From assembly GCA_051294375.1 (NCBI GenBank), contig CM119267.1, positions 5,693,992-5,757,991 of the forward strand: 64,000 nucleotides of DNA, written 5' to 3'. Positions 33,401 to 46,371 of this stretch are shown one piece after another (positions within the stretch are counted from its first letter, which is position 1; every line of letters begins with the position of its first letter). Source of the stretch: Paraspadella gotoi. Lineage: Eukaryota > Animalia > Chaetognatha. The position numbers and the translations under genes were made by a program. The notes under the pieces were generated by a model, which worked only from the letters and a program-made list of their open reading frames with translations, searched no databases and had not been told where the DNA came from.

Positions 33401-35100
33401 CTCATCCGACATGGGGCTTCGGAGCCTCACTTAGCCCCTTTGCGAAAGCTCGGCGTTTTGTCAGGTTGACGTTTAAGAGAAGCACGATTGCTTTTTGGCC
33501 CTGGTTGTGCCTCACTGTCGGCGTTCCGAGATGAAGCGTCCTTGCTATTCTGATGCTTGTTGCATCTTTAAGGACCGTATGACTTTTTCTGTCCAGATCG
33601 TGGTGGATACTGCATTGCTTTTTTTCGTTCGCTATGATTGTCGGCCCGGTTTGTTCCAACATTAAGGAGTGGACGCGAACAACAATGTATAGCTTCGGAG
33701 AGTTGGCAGACGCGATACGTCAGATCCCAACTTCCGGGCCGTTAGCGTTGGACGCGGGATCAAAAGGGGCAAAGGGATGGGATGGTGCCCAGAGCGTAGA
33801 GGGTCAGAGATAAGAAAACAAGTGGGGGAAAAAGGGGGAGGGCGTCAAGATATTGTGTTTTCCGTGGCTCGCGTGGCTATAAGAGGGTAGAGCCGGAGGA
33901 GATGAGGCTATATTTACCATTAATTGATTATAAGCGGAAATCCCTAACTTTAGTAAACGTTATGATAAAATGAATGTGAACAACTGATACATCTGAGAAG
34001 TTGTAGAAATAGTATGTTTAATTACGAGTAGGGCAAGAGCCGACGGAGCACGACAGACAAGATAGAGACGGGACAGAGAACGGATTGACTAGGAACAATT
34101 ACCCGAGGCCGGAAGAAGCGACTTATCATCGTGTAGTTGAGCTCATCGAAGCTCACTACACGGAGTATCAAGGAATTCCGTAGATACTATTCTATGTGCT
34201 AATGACATCTGCACCTAAGTCTCTGACGTAGTTTGTAGTAATTTGTGAAGTCACCAAAGTCAGGGTGCGCAAGAATTGTGGTTTCTCGGTAGGCGTAAAG
34301 ACTATGGCCATTTTCTCTTATCGTGGAGAATATGATAGTGAAGTTAGCTTGTTAAACATCTCTGAAAGATTTGATGACTAGGCCCTCTCAGATCTGCCAC
34401 TCCTGAATAGACTTCACTCATTACTACAAGCTGTCGTCATCACCGTCATGATCTCGATGCAGAGTCTATATTCGCGCAGGCGCGCAGAGCTGACTCTTTG
34501 ATTATGCTATATTCGTGTAGCGCGTGACGGGACGAGGATGGTCTTTCGGTGACTACGAACTCTCTCGCGGCTCCGAGGAAGCCGAACCTGGACTGTGCGG
34601 CGTAAGAAGAATGGTGCCTCGAGGGAACCGTGGCGTCGCAGTGAAATAGTGTCTCATCTGGTTTCTCTCGCTCTTGCTCGTCTGCGGTCTCTCGGGTCCG
34701 CTTTCGTCTCAACTCTGGTCCTCCTCCTCACTCTCCTCTCTCTCTCTCTGCGATCGTCTCTCCATTGCATATTTTTCGATTAACTCTCCGGTTTCTTTCA
34801 GGTCCATTATCCATGAAAGGGAACCTTTAAAGATGAAAGGAGACATATAGATTTTATTTGTATTATTTAAGTCAGGTCTCCTGAGCTTCTTCAGAGATTG
34901 ATCAGTGCAATGTAACAATGTTGATTTACAGGCGAGGTTTGACGCGTCCCCGGGTCTCTTACACTGGGCGAGCGGCGACCACTGGCGAGGGAACCCCGGC
35001 TTTGGGTGTGATGGAGGAATATTGGGCGAGATTGGACTTAATGCCTCACCGTGGGCAGGTGCAATGGTCACCTGTGCTTAAATGTGAAATACGGTAGCTT
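27441..35100. repeat. Error-rich direct duplicate of ~20622-27290 (probably a raw long read or second haplotype)
   Basis: Colinear throughout (hammerheads, 600-bp units, globin, SINE). Differences are mainly 1-nt insertions that increase rightwards. It starts just after an N gap. Confidence 0.85.
33176..34520 (-). pseudogene. Heavily indel-corrupted second copy of the globin exons and intron (most likely a raw long-read duplicate)
   Basis: caaccagggaattc at 33177 matches 26101, agcccctttgcgaa matches 26237, and cggagtatcaaggaattcc matches 26746. Colinear with 26100-26990, with many single-base insertions. Confidence 0.7.
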
Positions 35101-35119
35101 GGTTTCCGAGATTTATGCC

Positions 35120-36387
35120 TCAGCGAACACATCCGATTTATGCGATCTGGAGAGAGATTGAAGATAAGTGGTGTTCGTGTGACTACAAATGGTAAAGCGG
35201 AGGACGGTTAGAGACTCACCGCGCGCGAGAACGATAAGCCCCGTAGAGGGAGCGGAATAGTGTCTGGCACGCGAGATTAATCTGGTGAGGGTTTACTAGT
35301 CGATTACCTCCGGGGAATTGGGTTCGCCGAAAAAGAATGATGTTATGATGATAACTAGCAATATACGTAAGAGACAATTTCTAATTTAAAATGCTACTGG
35401 CAAGACTATAGCGAAGGTGATCGTATACTCTTGTCTAATTAAACAAGAATAAATGGAATGTTTTTTTGTATACCAATGATTCGGCCTACACTACTGACTG
35501 CGAACATTATGCACAATTTATAGCAATAAAAATTTACAGTGTGTTTTTAGATGAAGTATAAATGAGAAAAATGATCTTTTTCTCGTTAAAAAAATAACGC
35601 GTTTTCTCTCCCGAATCAAGCTCCATCGTTTATTCGGAAAGAAGGTGAGAAAGGCGACGATTCCGAAGTCTTTCGACGGATGCTCGAACTGTACTCGCCT
35701 ACATTGAGTTCGCCTACGCTAAAACCGGCGTGAAGCGGAAACTCTCCGGTCACATGGGAGGCTGCTGTGCAAGTTGAAGTTTCGTCCTGGTGTATCATCG
35801 GTTTTTACTCTAGATTTGTGCACGATTGCCCTCATTATTTGAGAGTTCGTCCTTGGCCTGTCGGCATTGCTGTCTTCTCGTCTGTATGTCCGTCATTTGA
35901 AATCTATTAGAGATCTAGTATAAATTGAGCTTTTCGGACTGAGCCGGTGACATTTTTCGCGCCACAACAGTAACTAAAGAGTTAGTAAAGTAGCGTTACA
36001 ATAAACCGGTTTAGCGCGAGTTCGGATGCTTCCGACCGGATGCGCTCAAACTGTACGAGGGCAGAGGGAGAATGTGTCAAAAACCGTGTTCCGAGATGTG
36101 TCTCGGCGGTTGCCATCCTCTTTTCCAAAGCATGACGGTGATGGTCAAATGGTAGCGGATGTGGCTATGATAGCGGCGAGGATAGTTTGAAACATCTAAA
36201 TTCTATCCTCTGAGATGTTCAAGCCCAAGGCTTCAGGCGGCGGTCCTGAGCAATTAATACCAGCACAACACGGACCTTAATTTTATTACCTATTTGGCAA
36301 CGATTCAGACACCGAGACAAAGAAACGAACACGCAGGAGAGAGAAAGATCTCTCTCTCTGTCTCTGACTCATCTCTTCTCTCTCTGT

Positions 36388-36418
<31 letters not shown>

Positions 36419-37545
36419 TCATCTCTCCTCGTCTCTCTCGTCTCACGTTTAAGTTCAGTTCTTCAATGACGGCAAGAGAGGAGGAGAGAGAGAAATTTGC
36501 GTGTGTTCGTTGTCGGTGTCCTTGATCAGTTTGCCAAAGGTAATAATAAGGTCCGTGTTGGCTAGGTATTAATGCGAGGACCGCCGCTGAAGCCCTGGGC
36601 TTGGAACATCTCACGGGATAGAATTAGATGTTTCAAACTATCCTGCCGCTATCCTACCACTATCCTGCTACCATTTGTACCATCACCGTCATGCTTTGGA
36701 AAAGAGGATGGCAACCGCCGAGACACATCTCGGAAAGCACGGTTTGACACATTCGCCCTCTGGCTCGTAGCAGTTTTGAGGGGCCATCCGGTCGGAAGCA
36801 TCCGAAACTCGGTCAACGGTTTATCTTGTAACGTACTTTACGTAACTCTTTAGTTACTGTTGTGGCGGAAATGTCACCGGCTCGTCCGAAAAGCTAATTT
36901 ATGAATAGATCTCTAATAGATTTCAAATGACGGACATACAGACGGAGAGACAGAAGGACAGAAGGACGAACTCGAAAATAATGAGGGCATCGTGACAATA
37001 CTGAGTAAAAACCGATGATAACCAAGGACGAACTCACCTTTGCACAGCAGCCTCCCATGTGACGGAAGAGTTCCGTTCAACGCCGAGTTTTTAGCGTAGG
37101 CGAATAATGAAGGCGAAGTTAATTCGAGCGAAAGATCGTCGAGAAGTGGCGTCGCTTTCTCAGCTTCTATTCGAATAAACTGTGGAGCTTGATTCGGGGA
37201 GAGAAAACGGTTATTTTTTTAACGAAGAAAAAAGATATTTTTATTATATATTAAACAATGAATTTTATTGCTAAGGGCTAATGTCGATCAGGTAGGTCTT
37301 AAAAAAAAACACATTTTTTTAAAAAAGTTTATTCACGCTAATTGCGTACATTTTTTAAAAAATTGTTTATATTGCGTATATATAACAATTAACATTCTTT
37401 TTTTTCCGGCGAACCCAATCCCGAGTATGCCGTTCCCCCAATACCGGCTGCATCCCCTAAGGCTTTCGTCGGTGAGTCGTCGTCTCCGTCGTTTGAGTCA
37501 CGACACCATTCTTCAATTCTTCATGATCGAATCGGATTTCTAGGA
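35120..37545. repeat. Inverted duplication centred on (TC)n/(GA)n at ~36350-36490; left arm noisy
   Basis: ttttctctcccgaatcaagctcca (35601) versus tggagcttgattcggggagagaaaa (37182); gggttcgccgaaaaagaatg (35320) versus cattctttttttccggcgaaccc (37393). Confidence 0.85.
37427..37471 (+). CDS. Candidate short coding exon (MPFPQYRLHPLRLSS), possibly globin exon 1 in a mis-oriented segment
   Basis: ATG followed 45 nt later by a consensus donor TCG|GTGAGT (phase 0). Its noisy inverted copy (~35200-35330) lies on the minus strand upstream of the duplicated globin A-E exon, whose acceptor is phase 0. Confidence 0.3.
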
Positions 37546-37731
37546 TTGGGAAGTACTTATTATTAAGAAGTGATGCCACGTCATTACCACAAATTTCCCC
37601 CCCCATACCCGCGACGGACTAAATTACATCTTGAAAAAAAAAAATCAAAGATTTTTTAAAGAAAAGTCAATGAGGAGGAAAAAACTCGGAGGAGGTTAAT
37701 CGAAAAATATGCAAATGAGAGAGGAGAAGAG

Positions 37732-37766
<35 letters not shown>

Positions 37767-37785
37767 AGAGAGAGAGAAGAGAGAG

Positions 37786-37817
<32 letters not shown>

Positions 37818-38144
37818 TTTCAAACTAGCGCTCCCCTCGTTAGACCCCATTTTTACGGCACGAAAGTCACGGCTTTCGGGTTTTCGAGTTCGACTTGAAA
37901 TTTCGTGAGTTCACGAAAAATCTCGCGTCGTCACGTGACCATATATTAGGTGTTTTACAAATAGTGACAACTGAAAATAGCCATTCAATAAGCATTATAT
38001 TACATTTTTAAAGTAATCAAATTCTATAAAATTGCTACAACCAATCTTGCCTCCTTACTTTGGACTTTCAAATAAATTAGGAAGTAACTTGTTGTCATTA
38101 GTCACTATTTTTTTATTTTAAGTGATCTCTCTCCCTCGTTCTCC

Positions 38145-38184
<40 letters not shown>

Positions 38185-38671
38185 GAGTCAGGCTCTCGTT
38201 ACCGGGTTCAAAAAGGTCCCGCCAACGCGAGCCACGGAAAAATTTGAGTTTTTTTTTTCTTCTGACCCGTTGGGCAAAGACTTTGAAGGAGGCTGGAGTT
38301 GGGATGGTATGGTAATCGACCTAAGATTTGTGTCATTAAGGAACAACGCTTTCGAAAAACAATGTTATCCAAGAGGATAGTCAATCTAAGAACAAAGCAA
38401 TAGACTTCCGCCCGCGGCCACAAAGAATCGATTGTCTTAAGAAACGAAAAACTTCATCGAAGGCTCAAGGCGTCGATGTTAACGGAATTATGCGCGGATA
38501 GGAGCCCTTGTTGCCTTTGATGGAAGGAGAGAGAGAGAGGGAGAGAGAGTGGGCGTCTCGCTCTCCCCGGCACCGACAGAGTAAGTTTTTCCCAAATCGA
38601 AGAGAAAATGGAAGGCATTGAAAAGCAATGGTGAGGAAAACGAGAGGATAAGGGAGAGAGAAAAAAAGGAA

Positions 38672-38708
<37 letters not shown>

Positions 38709-38985
38709 AAAGTTTTCTCCGAGTAAAAACAAAGGGCAACCTTGAGGCTTTGGTTTCGCCGCCATGAAATTTAATAAGGAACGAGTTTAGCAATGAGTTA
38801 CGAATGACTTTGCATGCGGGGAGGGAGAGAGCTGAAAGAAGAGAGAGAGAGGAAGGGGGAGATAAGGGGTCAAAACCTTAAGGATAATTACGATCATGAT
38901 TCCCACTAAGTTTTTTTTTTTTTGTAAAAACGTGTACGGCCGAAACGCGCGTCCGAAGTGTTTTATTAGTCGGCCCTATCCCTCG

Positions 38986-39070
<85 letters not shown>

Positions 39071-40142
39071 CTCCCTCCCTCTCTCCCTCTCCGGCTCTGA
39101 TTTTTAAATGAATATAACATGAAAGGGATGAAGGGGTCTTTCGCTCTCCCGACCAAATCCTTTTTCCAATCCGCGCATTTTTTCAACCAAATTCAATTTT
39201 CTCAACGAGTTTGGTTTTCTTTCTTGAGCCCGTCGTCGCTTTAGTCGTCGTCGTCGTCGTCTTAATTCTCCTCGTCGTTGTCTTGGTTCCCGTCGTCGTC
39301 GTCGTCGTCACTGTCGTCGTCCGCAAAGCATCCCATCAGCATCGTCGTCCTCTTCGTCGTCGTTGTCTTTTTTTCTTCTTCATCGTCTTTTTTTTGTCGT
39401 TATCGTCGTCACTATTGCTTCCCGTCGACGTCGTCGTCGCCGTCGTCGTCGTCGTCTTCATTGCCGCATCCTCGAGAATTAATTTTCCCCATTAACTTTG
39501 AACGCTTTATTTTGTTAAAAAATGTGGAATATTTACCCCTTACACCTACTGCGTACTAAGTATATAAAAATAGTAGATGAAAGAAAAAAGTTTGCTCAGA
39601 GTGAGAGCGATATTTTTATTTGAACTAAAAAGTTGTATTTACGGATTAGTAAGAAGTATTAAGTATTGAAATAGGTACAGTGCAAAACGTTCTTGCAGGT
39701 CTAAGCGGAATAAAAGAAGTTTTTTCTGCTTTTAATAAAATACTCTAATTGTCAGAATATTAAAGTGCTATTGTACAAAATTTCGGCCCTGTATTTTACA
39801 ACTAACCGAATGTCGGCCTTCGCCGAATTGTAAACAAACGCTCTTTGGTTTTCGATCGCTAGAAACCTCAAAATTTCGTCTTATTTTTTTTTCCCCTGGC
39901 GCCAAGTTGGGCGCCTCTTTCGTTGCTGTCGCTTGAGACGTTGCCGCAAAGGGTTGCTGCAGCCGCGGTTGTTTTTTTTTTTTTCCTTTCGGCGTCGAGA
40001 AACCGAATTGTTTTCTTTCGCTTTTGAATTCCGCAGCTTAACGGAGACGACGACGACGACGACGACGACGACCACGACGACGACGACCACGACGACGACG
40101 ACGACGACGAAACGCCGAAGGAATTCGAAAAGTCGCCTTAAC

Positions 40143-40235
40143 GAGGCGGCGCCGGGTGAGGCGGCGTCGGGTGAGGCGGCGTCGTGTGAGGCGGCGTCGG
40201 GTGAGGCGGCGTCGGGTGAGGCTGCGCCGCGGGGC
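40143..40235. repeat. 15-bp tandem repeat gaggcggcgtcgggt, about 6 copies
   Basis: Read directly from the sequence. It translates as (EAASG)n on plus or (RRRLT)n on minus. Confidence 0.9.
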
Positions 40236-40858
40236 GAGTGAGAGTGAGGGTGAGGAGATTAGAAAGAGGGCGAGCGGGTAAGTTGAAAAGGTGAAGAGTT
40301 TAAAAGGGTGTGGAGCTTTAAAGGGTAAGGGTTTAAAAAGATTAGGGGTTCGTAATTGTGAGGAGCTAAAATGAAACAATTTTTGAATAGGTATTAATGT
40401 AATTGAAGAAATGTAATAGCGAGAAAAATGTAAAAAAATTACTAATGTAAATGATGTGGGAACAAGCAAAAAAATTATTTATTCTCTGAATAAATAAACT
40501 ATCTTGCTACCAACTTTGGACAAGCTATGTTAGGTTAAATCCAACCCTCTAACAATATATTGTTCATAATTAGCGGAACCCTGCAAGCTTATAATCAAAA
40601 CTCTCTAACAGTCCAGAAAAGAAAAGTGAAAATTGATTGGCTTGATTGGCAATGGAGATTAAAATCATGAACTTAATTTTTTTTTTAAATTAAATTAATT
40701 ATCGTAGAATTCGAGAAATTGAGCATTCTGCACCCAAAGCGTCGTGCTAATAACACGCGCGTAACACGGGCACTCACGAGTGGGACAGAGAGGATGAGAA
40801 AGAAGGGAGAAGAGGGAGGGCGTTCGTGAGAATACAGCCCTTTCGGCCTTGGAGCAAA

Positions 40859-40972
<114 letters not shown>

Positions 40973-42466
40973 ATGCTAATTGGTTCTAGAAAATTCGACG
41001 CGCCATAAGCCGGTTGGATCGGGGTCGAGTCGGGCGTTTCCTCGTTTGAGCGCTCATGGGCGTCTGCTCTTTGATTTAGAGCCGCGTCCTCGTGGGAGCG
41101 CGGGCGCCTCTCTTTCGGCGGTCGAGAGTTAGAGGCGATGGTATGATACGAGATTCTTAGCGCCCGTCCAGTATATTCTTTAAAATTTCCCGGTTGCTTT
41201 TATTCTACTAAATTATGATAATTTTGTTGATCTAGAATTGACATTTGACAATGTATTTTCATTTTGAAATTTTGCTTCGTTTAACCTTTTTTTTCTTTTA
41301 TTATTATTTAAGTGAAATACGAATGAACTACATAATGGTTAATACGCCAACGATTTCGTAGAATTAAAGCTTATATGCGGGCTCCCAAAATTAAGGCTTT
41401 TAAGAAATTAAAACTTTCGCCTTCGGAGCCAAAAATTTATGGCCGGAAATCATCTTCTTTTTTTTTTTCTTTCTCGACCGAAATTGAAGTCGTAAACCCG
41501 AAGAAAAAGGGGGGAGAGGGAAGGGGGCCAGGGGGTGGGGGAGTGGGGGAGTGGGCGCAGAAGGAGGTAAGGATGGGTAATTAAGGGTTCTAGATCGTGG
41601 ACACTGGAATCACGGAGAAGTTGGGTTAGTGGCTGCGCTTGTGGACAAAAAAGTGAGGGTTAGAAGAGAAGATAATTACGGGGGTGTTGAAGAAGAATGC
41701 GAGATCATTGACGGCGGCGGCGGCGGTGGCGACGGCGGCGGCGGCGGCAATGGCGTCCGCGGACCTTTCTTTTCTATTCCACTTTTCTACAAGCCAGTGC
41801 TCAATTCCGTTATAAACATAAACGATAACAACTACGAGGAAGAGTATAACGGCAACGACCAAGTCCTTTAATCTCTTTACGTTTCGAGCTCAAATTGAAA
41901 AGACGTCGTCGCAGAAGTAAAAAAAAAAAAAAGAAATAGAAAAGAAAAAAATAATTGGGGCGAAAAAATCAAAACCGAGTCGGGCGTGAAAATATTAATT
42001 TAGCATCGACGACAAAAGTCTCTCTCGTTAATGGATTCGTTGGTGCCGGAGAACCCGGGATACCGAATATCCGAAATTACTTTTAAACAATGAAATTATA
42101 ATGAGAAATATATACGAAAGAGTTAATGACATTTTTTTTTTCAAGAACGGAGCCTTTTAATATTTCGACGGGGTGGACCAGGGCTCCGTCGCTCCGGGCA
42201 CGGGGTCAAAACGCGGCGAACTCTCGGCGTTAATTGACGCAAGGGCGAGAGATGTCTGAGAGCTATCACGTTTGCTCGCTTGCTTGCTTTCACTGTCTCT
42301 GTCTATCTCTCTCTCTCTATCTTTCTCTCTCTTATCTTAACCTCATCTTTCTTCATCTTTTTCCCGATCCCCCTCTTTTCGCCACGATGGATTTTCGGAA
42401 AAAATATCACTTAATATTCACCAAAGGGGAAAAATAAACAAGAGCGTTTTTGCGGCAAAATAAAGC

Positions 42467-42532
<66 letters not shown>

Positions 42533-43320
42533 CTTAATAAACGGCTGTGGGGAAGACTTAAAACCACAGTTACTGTCGACTCTGTTAGCTAATTTGCCTG
42601 AGTAAAACAATAACACAATGAGGAAGGCCTGATGAGCAAGTAGTGATGTCCGGTTAAGTTGTTATCGTACTTTCTTTTCAGAAGCGATGCTTTCCAGTAA
42701 TAAAATAAGAAAGTGAAACTGGAAAATTGAAGATGCAAGTTTTTTTTTTTTTTTTATTTATTTTTTTTTAAACAAAAGCGTTATAAAAACGTTAAAATTC
42801 TAATCTATTTTATTTGCTATTAGCGAATAGCGATAGCGATAGCGACACAACTTTTTTCACAATGGCAGCATCTACTGAATATCTTCCCCCCAGGGTAATT
42901 AAGCAACAAAAAAAACCCTACATTTTCTTAAAGGTCCATTACAAAAGACCAATCTTTATCAATAAATTCTGCTTGAAAATTTATCAATTGACATAGATGG
43001 AAATTGGAAATATTAGAAAGCGAAATTCATGACAACCACTTCGGGGAATTTACATTCGATATAAAATACTGCAATATGCAAATGAGATTAGGGTTATCTC
43101 GGATACAAACGCTTCGCATCCGATCATCCCCGGATGTAATTACTCTTCTTCCGGATGAGATTCCATGAATACAAATCTGGATCGGCGACGATGGCGACTC
43201 GACCATAAACATCGCGTTTCGGGATGAAGCTTATTTCTCTCTCGCTGTCTTTTTCCTCGAGCGATATTAGGAAAAAGGGACGATGAATTTCCGAATCCTT
43301 AATGCGGGGGAATCTATCTC

Positions 43321-43463
<143 letters not shown>

Positions 43464-44128
43464 CCCCCTGGAATTTCCTCGGAATGACTGAAAAGTGCAT
43501 TTGCAAACAAACTAAAAACGCGAAACCAAAACAAAAGGTTTTTTTTCTTTTATCCTCTTTTTATTTTCACCCACGCTCAAAAGCGATGAACGGTGGAGAA
43601 TTCTGTGGTTTGTGGTGAGCGACTTGTGGTCCGGGACTTGCTGGCGAAATGAGAGGCGAGCTTTTTTTTCCTTTGATGATAAATTAAAAGATGATAAAGT
43701 GGAAGGATGATATAACTGGACAAAAATAAAATTACAGAGCGGAAAACAGGATTTTATTAGTTGTATTATTTATTGTTTCGCTAATTTCGAAAAGTACACT
43801 TATATTTTCTTTCGAGAATTATAAAAAATTACATTCATTTGCCAGTTTGCCATTTGACAATACTTCTGAGTCGACTTTCGAAATAAGGCCAATAACATTT
43901 TAAATAATTGGGGACCCTGATATATCGGTTATTAAATTATGAAAAATGTAACATAGCGAAATACCGAACGTCATTGTGGGAATTTTTTTTTTTTCAAGTT
44001 GCTATTGAAAAATTCGCTGAGAAAAAATGGAGAGAGAAAAATGAATGACCGGAAGCTAGATCGAAAAAATGAACGAATGAAAATCCGAGAGGAGAAATAA
44101 AATGAGATGAAAACACATGAGGCCAGGG

Positions 44129-44221
<93 letters not shown>

Positions 44222-44347
44222 CGAATGAAAAGGGAGAGAGAGAGACTCGCATTTCAATAGTGAAATGGGGAAAAAGCTTTCGACAAAAAACGGAATAAAG
44301 TTTGAAAAAAAAGGGCAGATGAGAAGAGAATCCTACCATTCTCTCTC

Positions 44348-44413
<66 letters not shown>

Positions 44414-45854
44414 CCTCTGGTTCGTTCGTTCGACGTTTAAAGCGCCACCACCTCTGAGTTTTCGACCATAAGTTTACTTCTCGCGTAAAACGTGCAACGC
44501 TTATCCTTCGAACAATCTCTGTTTCGCGTGTGGAGGCTCACGTGTTGTCACGGAGTTGCCACGGAGTGTCACGCTCGCCCGCTTTCGGAGGTGCCAAGTT
44601 TGATTCTCTTTTAAATCCCTCGTCACTACGGAAGCATCTTCCCCGTGGCGTCAGATATGTTATTCTTAACACCATTCTCGCCTCTAGCGTGACATTCGAA
44701 ATACTCTCAATTTCTTCTCAACGTTAAAAACTGCATTCTTAATTCAAACCCATCACTCTCTCAATGTTAAATTCTAAACAGTAATTCACACAATAGTCGA
44801 AACGTCAAAAAATTTGCCTATTAATTTCTACACTCCGTTAAAAAACGTGACTCTCCATTTCTTCGCGACGTCAAAAACGACATTCTCAATTCCCTCGCAA
44901 CGTCGGACTCGTGACGCAAAACGTCCTCGTCTTTTCCCACTTTTTTTTCCTCCGAAATTCCCTGGGGTCTCGACTTCGAACCCTCGACGGTCCATTTCCT
45001 TTTAAAGAGATGACGAATTCGGGAACGACGACGACGAAAACGACGACGACGACGAAAACGACGATGACGACGTCGACGACGAAAACGACGACTGCCCGAT
45101 ATTGAATTGGTCGACTTAAGTGATAAAGTTTAAGATGAAACTGACATTGACACTGAGAAATAAAAATGGCGAAAAAAGGTTCAGCATGGTTTTAAAAAAC
45201 TTGCAGGGTCCTGCTATGTTATTTACGTATTATTTTGTTAGTGGGCAGGGACAATATAGCTATTTATTCTATATTTATTTTTTCAATAAAAGTGAATGTA
45301 TTGAAACGCACAACTAAATCAAAAATGAATTTCCTTCTACAAGGTCGCCAAACAAAGTCTCTAAATTCTGGATATTTTTAGAATTTATTCAATTCTTTAG
45401 TTTTGATTCGTTATTTGCGCTGAAATCGGTATTAGTATGGGAAAGAGGTCATACGCGATGATCTGTCTCCGCCTACAACCCCGTCCCCTCATTTTCTCGA
45501 TAAAGCCGAATCAGGTCATTGTCCCGAATCCGGTCATATTGCCGATTCCAGCCGGATTGTGTCGGTTCCGGTCATATTGCCGAATCGAGTGGTTCCGGTC
45601 TCCCACTCCCGCTCCGCTCGAGGTTTCTCTTGGGTTCCCAACCGGTCCCCCGCTCCAGCCGCCACATCTCATAAGAATTCGAGATTGAAATCTGGGATTA
45701 AGGAAAAAGGTCACCCGAGTGATCATCTGTGAGACAAAGGAATTGGGGGGGAGGAGAGGGGATGATAAGGGAGAGTTGAATCGGCGCGAAAGGGGGGGGG
45801 AAGAAATAAGGAAAGAAAATAAGGAAAAATAGGGAAAATAAGTATAAAAACAGA

Positions 45855-45915
<61 letters not shown>

Positions 45916-46040
45916 TAACTTCTCTCAATTCTCTCCTGGACAGTTTTCAGACGGGCCAATATTTTTCGCAGTCATTTTCGACAGCTATATTTTACTATAT
46001 TACATTTGTAATGATTTTCTTTCTTTTCGTTAATTTAGAA

Positions 46041-46200
46041 ATTTTTAGGAATAACAGTTTTTGTGTTTTAACGAATTTTTAATCATAGTTTATCATAGTT
46101 ATCAGCGCTGATGAAAACTCTAAAAACATGAGTCGAAACATGTCCCTACTAAACTATGATTAAAATTCGTTAAAACACAAAAACTGTTATTCCTAAAAAT
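46041..46200. mobile_element. Penelope-like pLTR remnant: near-perfect inverted repeat (46041-46092 / 46150-46200) around the hammerhead
   Basis: atttttaggaataacagtttttgtgttttaacgaattt(t)taatcatagttta is the reverse complement of taaactatgattaaaattcgttaaaacacaaaaactgttattcctaaaaat. Inverted partial pLTR copies are typical of Penelope insertions. Confidence 0.65.
46108..46144 (+). ncRNA. Minimal hammerhead ribozyme motif in the loop of a ~52-bp inverted repeat
   Basis: CTGATGA-A-AACTC taaaaacat GAGTC-GAAA-CATG-TC: core intact, first stem II pair mismatched (A.C), ACATGT palindrome. Confidence 0.7.
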
Positions 46201-46371
46201 ATATTATATTTTAAAACAACGAATAATAAGAAAAAAAAAAACAGAAAAAAAGAAGAAAAAATAGAAATCTCGGAAAGAAAAGAGAAGATGAAAGGTAGAA
46301 AAGGCTAAAGAGATTGAGAAAACTTAAAAGAGGAACGAATTTGAAGATTAATCAAAGAGTGGGAGTTTGGC

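Noticed and set aside
36350-36495. Sequencing adapter at the centre of the inverted duplication
   Set aside because: It has some GA-rich resemblance to a SMRTbell hairpin but no clear match and cannot be told apart from native (TC)n/(GA)n.
38938-38955. GAAACGCGCGTC as a fourth hammerhead (also cgaaacgtc at ~44798)
   Set aside because: It resembles the stem III half, but there is no upstream CTGANGA or stem II.
40038-40469. Protamine-like (RRRLT)n ORF or (EAASG)n ORF
   Set aside because: It arises from a 15-bp minisatellite next to a (GAC)n tract, with no convincing start, splice context or family motif.
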